A DNA stretch of 64,000 bases from Amphiscolops sp. MND2022. Taxonomy: Eukaryota. Where the stretch lies: positions 86,616,001 through 86,680,000 of the forward strand of contig OZ076409.1 in the NCBI GenBank assembly GCA_964187785.1, read 5' to 3'. The notes below the pieces were generated by a model, which saw only the letters and a list, made by a program, of their open reading frames with translations, made no database searches and was not told where the DNA came from. The position numbers and the translations under genes are program-made. Positions 59,319 to 64,000 of this stretch are shown one piece after another (positions within the stretch are counted from its first letter, which is position 1; every line of letters begins with the position of its first letter).

Positions 59319-61481
59319 AAGCTATGTGATAATCTGATAGTGTTTGCGAAAAAAAAATGGAACTATTTTTGTCTCGGAGGTGGGAATGTTTCTGTGTAAG
59401 CTGTAATGCTAAATCCCGGAAAAAAATCTTTTCAGGACTTGAGAAGCTCATTTTTAATTGGCGTTTTTGTGTAGCAAAAAGTACCTGACTCTTCCAGTGG
59501 CAAGTTTTTTTGTAAAGCCACAGACCTCACACAATGGTCTGCTTTTTACGCCTAAGTTCTAAGGAGTAACGAAGAGGCCAAATAGTTCCCAGAGAGGCCG
59601 AAGGATAATTTTGAGTTTTTTATAGTTCTACTGGGGTTACCCTAGGGTTCTTTAACTTTATTCATGTTTGCTCAGGGTTTTTTCGGCACTGAGATTTTTC
59701 AAAAAGTTTCATTTTATAAAAGGGGGCACTTTTCCATCTTTTCGTTTAAGAAAAAACGCGTCGTCTTAAAAAGCGTTTTTCGAGTCTAAAGGATCCCCGT
59801 ATGGGTGTATCGTCAATGTGCGACCTTTTCAAGCCCAAAGGGAGCTTCTTTTCCAACTCTGTGAAAGCCACCCTGAGCATCTTATTGAGACTGAAATTTG
59901 TTTCATAGCGCATCAAAACGCTTGAGATATTTGTAGAAACTTCTGTTTGTTTCGTCATTAATTCAAGAACAAACCGTATGAAACTAAACTATGGTGAAAA
60001 TACGCGCTTGAGAGGATTTTTATTCCCTTCATATGAAATAACAAGCCGGCAACGTTCTAAGCCGATGCCCCACCTGATGCTGAAAATCTGCCAAGTACCT
60101 CAACTCTTTTTGAATAAGTTCTCCTCAATCTCAGAGTCAGAAACAAGGACAAATTATTGAAGTTGGGAACCTTTTGTTTCTTCTAGTTGCCTTAAAGTAA
60201 AATCATCAGTTAGCGTAGAAGAGGGCCCTCGAGATGTCTTCAAAGGTAAAGGTCGAAGATTTGAAATGTCTAGAACCCAGCAAGGTCCGAATTTCATATT
60301 TATTTATCCGCAGTTCAATTGTTTCAATTGTTTTCGTTTATACCACAAACTGAAATTAGTTTGGCTCCTCTTGAAAAATTGAATACCCGGCGTTGGCTAG
60401 ATCTGAACCCCCAATTTTCGCCAGACAGGACGCAAAAGATCGGAGAAATACTATTTCGAATTTTCGGCGTTATATCTGGAATCTATCCCTACAGTCAACT
60501 CCGGTTAATTCGTGTCCGGATTTTCGTTTAATTCGCATGTATCTGAAACCCACATTTCGCGAAGACCAATATAATGTCTTGTTAATTCGTTTTTCTCATT
60601 CGTACTATTTTATTTGGTCCCTAGCTTATAGAAATACTTTCAGAGAGTGCCCATTACAGTGACAATAATTTTTCGGAAAAGCCGCACATTGCCGAAAATG
60701 AAACGGTTTCGAAATGCGATGAAGCATGTAAAAATTGAGAGAGGACCCAAAATGGGAGGATCCTTTGAATGATTTTGGCATTCGTCACGAAATGGTTACT
60801 AGGACCAGATCGAAAAAGACGACGAAAAGAATGTAATAGTCGCGTTGTATTTCATACAGCGCCTACTAAAAATGGGTCGCAAAAATAAATTTTCTTGTAA
60901 GAGAATCGCATGTTTCATTGGCCACAAAATAGTTTTTCGGAAAGTTGATTTCAGACGTAATTATAACTTATCGAATCTCGATAAATAAAATTTATCTGCG
61001 TGAGTTCGTACGTTTGGACAGTATAATCAGAATATTAACAACTCTTTACACTGAGCATTTTTTCCATCGGCATTGTTAGTATCTCGCTGGTGGATAATGT
61101 GGGTAGATAATAAAATTTTGGCTATTTTCACAATTTTCGATGTTTTGTTACGGTTCAAAAGACTGTAGAAGATCAGTTTACTTGAAACTTTGCAAATGGA
61201 CTGATGAAAATTAACTTTTTTTGAATGTCCAACTTGACTAAACTTGTAATTTCCTCGATGATTCCGACACATCTTGTCATTACTTTAGTTTGTATACTGC
61301 TATATAAGTAGCACAATCTCGAAAAATAACAAATGGTTGGGTTATCCATTTGCGAGATACTATTTGTGTCAATTAAAAATAGCTCGATAAGCTGCAGCTG
61401 CTTACAATAACTCATAATTTCCCTTTTTTCTCAAATAGTGTTTCCTTTCAGATTATTTGTCAGCATCAGTGGCCTTATCCG

Positions 61482-63617
61482 ATGGGGAAGGACTTTAAGT
61501 CTGGCATTGCAAAAGCAGCTGGAGCCTTCCAAGCTTTCAAGCTAGATAGCAAAGTATTGCAAGGTGTTATCAGAAAAGGCTACAAAAACCCGACTCCAAT
61601 TCAACGCAAGTGCATACCCATCATTCTCGAAGGAAAAGATGTTGTGGCCATGGCAAGAACAGGAAGTGGAAAAACGGCATGTTTTCTGCTTCCCATCCTG
61701 AATTTCTTGAAAGAGCACGATACATGTGGGCCTCGGGCTCTTATCATTTCACCAACTAGAGAATTAGCAATGCAGACATTTCAGTTTTTCAAGGAATTGG
61801 CCAAATACACTGGCTTAAGGGCCTGTATCATTTTGGGGGGAACGAGCATGGATAAAAATTTTGAATCCCTGCACAGTCAGCCCGATGTCATAATTGCATC
61901 TCCGGGACGTTTGATGCATGTTCTTGTTGAGATGGAGATGAAGCTGACCAATATTAAACATTTTGTTCTTGATGAAGCTGATCGGTTGTTCGAGCTGGGT
62001 TTCTACGATCAGATCAAAGTTATTTCAAAACAGACAAGTCAAGCTCGTCAAACTTTATTGTTTTCTGCTACTTTGCCTCAAGCTGTTACCGAGTTCAGCC
62101 GGATAGGTTTACATGATCCAGTTCTGATCAGACTTGACAAAGATGAGCGGCTCAGTGAAAATTTGAAAACTCATTATTTCCATGTGCGCTCAGTGGAACG
62201 AATACCTTTGATGCTATACCTAGTAAACAAAAAATTTTCGACTGAAGACAAAACAGCAATCTTTCTACCAACAAAACATTACGTGGAGTACGTTCACGAG
62301 CTGTTGAATTCAATGAACATATCCAATTCCTACGTTTATAGTGCATTAGATCAACAAGCCAGACTTGAAAACGTTCAGAAATTTCGAGATGGGGTATGCT
62401 CAATTTTGTTGGTCACTGACATTGCAGCCAGAGGAATCGATATCCCTGTCTTAGACAATGTCATCAACTTCAATTTTCCATCATCTCCAAAACTGTTTGT
62501 TCACAGAGTTGGTCGCGTGGCCAGAGGTGGGAAGTCTGGGTTGGCTTTGAATTTCGTGACGCCCGAGGAAATGGGGTTTTATATTGACGTTCAGTTATTT
62601 CTTGGTCGTAAAATTTCATTAGTCACACCAGAAACTGACGCCGAGGACGATAATTTCCTAGGTGCTGTTAACAAACGCTTGATTAACGATTACTCTGAGA
62701 AAATTGCTACAAAAGATGATATGGAGTTGACTACCTTGTGTCAAGTTGCTGAAAACAGTTGGATTCAGTATTGGAAAACTTGTCCTGCGGCATGTCACGA
62801 AAGCGTGAAACGTGCAAAGGAGTTGTTTCTGGAGAATTTGCAAATTCATCCGTTTCTTAAAGAAAACGCTTATGATGACGACGTGCAGGGTTTTTTGAAC
62901 TCACTCAAGTCATACAAAACTCAGAAAACCATTTTCGAGATTAATCCTATGAAAAACGCTGTCGCCCATGAGGCGATGCAGAAAAACAGAAAGCGATATG
63001 CAGAACAAATTGTGAGCTACGCTACTAAAAAGCAGCGCAGATTAGAAGAGAAGAGTGAAGAAGCATTTGCTGAAGAGCGCAAAGCTCAGAAAGCGTTTAT
63101 TCCTTACACTTCAACTAACCAACATTTCGAGAAAGGTTTGGAAATCAGCCAGTTCGAGAATGAAGTGAAATCTTCCGGGTATGACGTCATCGCTGATGAC
63201 GAAAAGGGAATCAGAGAGCAAAGAGCGAGAAAGGTTTGGGATACTAAAAAGAAAAAATACGTTGGCTTGAATGAAGTCAAGAAGATAAAAACTGAGAGTG
63301 GCGTGACCATCAAAGCGTCTTACAAAACTGGGAAGTACGATGATTGGTTGAAAACCAGACAGACTTTCAAAGGCTCAACTGCTGAGAAAGAAGAATTTGA
63401 ACGTTTTGCTTCTCAAAGTGCAAGTGGTAAAGGAAAGAGAGAATTAAAGGGCAGAGACCAAGTTGCCAAAGAGAGGAGAATAAAAGCACGTAAAATGGAA
63501 TTTCAGCAACGCCGACATGAAGAAAAGAAAGCAAAGAAACAACAGTCCATGAATAAGAAACCAAGTGGCTTTAAGAAGCTGAAAACTGGAAAATCTGGGA
63601 AGTTTAAGAAGAAATGA
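61482..63617 (+). CDS. DDX54: ATP-dependent DEAD-box RNA helicase DDX54/Dbp10, 711 aa, single coding exon
   Basis: GYKNPTPIQRK, AMARTGSGKT, PTRELA, DEAD, SAT, ARGIDIP, HRVGRVAR; C-terminal WD.KKKKYV..KIKTESG..IKASYKTGKY..W (DBP10CT) and basic tail. Confidence 0.95.
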   Translation: MGKDFKSGIAKAAGAFQAFKLDSKVLQGVIRKGYKNPTPIQRKCIPIILEGKDVVAMARTGSGKTACFLLPILNFLKEHDTCGPRALIISPTRELAMQTFQFFKELAKYTGLRACIILGGTSMDKNFESLHSQPDVIIASPGRLMHVLVEMEMKLTNIKHFVLDEADRLFELGFYDQIKVISKQTSQARQTLLFSATLPQAVTEFSRIGLHDPVLIRLDKDERLSENLKTHYFHVRSVERIPLMLYLVNKKFSTEDKTAIFLPTKHYVEYVHELLNSMNISNSYVYSALDQQARLENVQKFRDGVCSILLVTDIAARGIDIPVLDNVINFNFPSSPKLFVHRVGRVARGGKSGLALNFVTPEEMGFYIDVQLFLGRKISLVTPETDAEDDNFLGAVNKRLINDYSEKIATKDDMELTTLCQVAENSWIQYWKTCPAACHESVKRAKELFLENLQIHPFLKENAYDDDVQGFLNSLKSYKTQKTIFEINPMKNAVAHEAMQKNRKRYAEQIVSYATKKQRRLEEKSEEAFAEERKAQKAFIPYTSTNQHFEKGLEISQFENEVKSSGYDVIADDEKGIREQRARKVWDTKKKKYVGLNEVKKIKTESGVTIKASYKTGKYDDWLKTRQTFKGSTAEKEEFERFASQSASGKGKRELKGRDQVAKERRIKARKMEFQQRRHEEKKAKKQQSMNKKPSGFKKLKTGKSGKFKKK

Positions 63618-63743
63618 TTATCAATACTTTTTTGTTTTTCTTTGTTGGTAATTGAAATTCGACCTTATAAGTTTTTTCTCCATTCAAATCTCACTTTTTT
63701 TCTGGATTTTTAAATCGGTCCTCAAATTGTATATCAGACTTTA

Positions 63744-64000
63744 TTGCACATGACGAAGTCAATGTGCATTGCAGTCCAGCTAAATACGTTTTTTTTTCCA
63801 CTATAGTCAACTTCATAATGAGCGCCTTTCAGAGAAAAGCCAAAACCCCAGAGAGATTCGAACCTGCAGCCTCCCGATTGCACGGCATAAGTGTTGACCA
63901 CTGTGCCATAGGGACGTTATTGAACAAAGTTGAACTGTTGAATATATACGCATGCGATTAAAATAATATATATACGCATATTAAAATAATCGATGTCTTC
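63744..64000 (-). mobile_element. Second copy of tRNA-headed repeat (runs off window)
   Basis: Near-identical to 57347-57600. Confidence 0.75.

Noticed and set aside
60488..60620. pogo/Tigger-like TIR (TACAGTCAACTCCGGTTAATTCG)
   Set aside because: Only one end found; cannot delimit an element.

Overview
Eukaryotic genomic DNA, most likely from an invertebrate animal; the species cannot be determined from this window. Positions 1-39089 are a tandem array of a ~13.5-kb unit: a partial copy at 1-11774, then 11775-25274 and 25275-39089. Each unit is a patchwork of decayed LINEs (CR1/L2-like with an SGNH ORF1, an APE/RT LINE, a CRE-like RLE LINE) and nested Mutator-like MITEs. It then carries a small cluster of box C/D-like repeats and exons 1-4 of NDUFAF5. 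Only the last copy reaches NDUFAF5 exon 5 and lacks the 4-bp frameshift. It is open only if intron 1 is a non-canonical AT-AA intron (AG/ATAAGT...TTTCAA/G), which is the most interesting signal in the window. The right part holds an internally deleted hAT transposon, Tc1- and hAT-type MITEs, SLC35A2, three cyclophilin genes, Helentron-like and tRNA-derived repeats, and DDX54. Two of the cyclophilins look homogenised by gene conversion, one has a W121H-type change, and the last two have operon-like spacing. There is no CRISPR array, rRNA or functional tRNA. All family assignments come from motif recognition by eye, not database searches.
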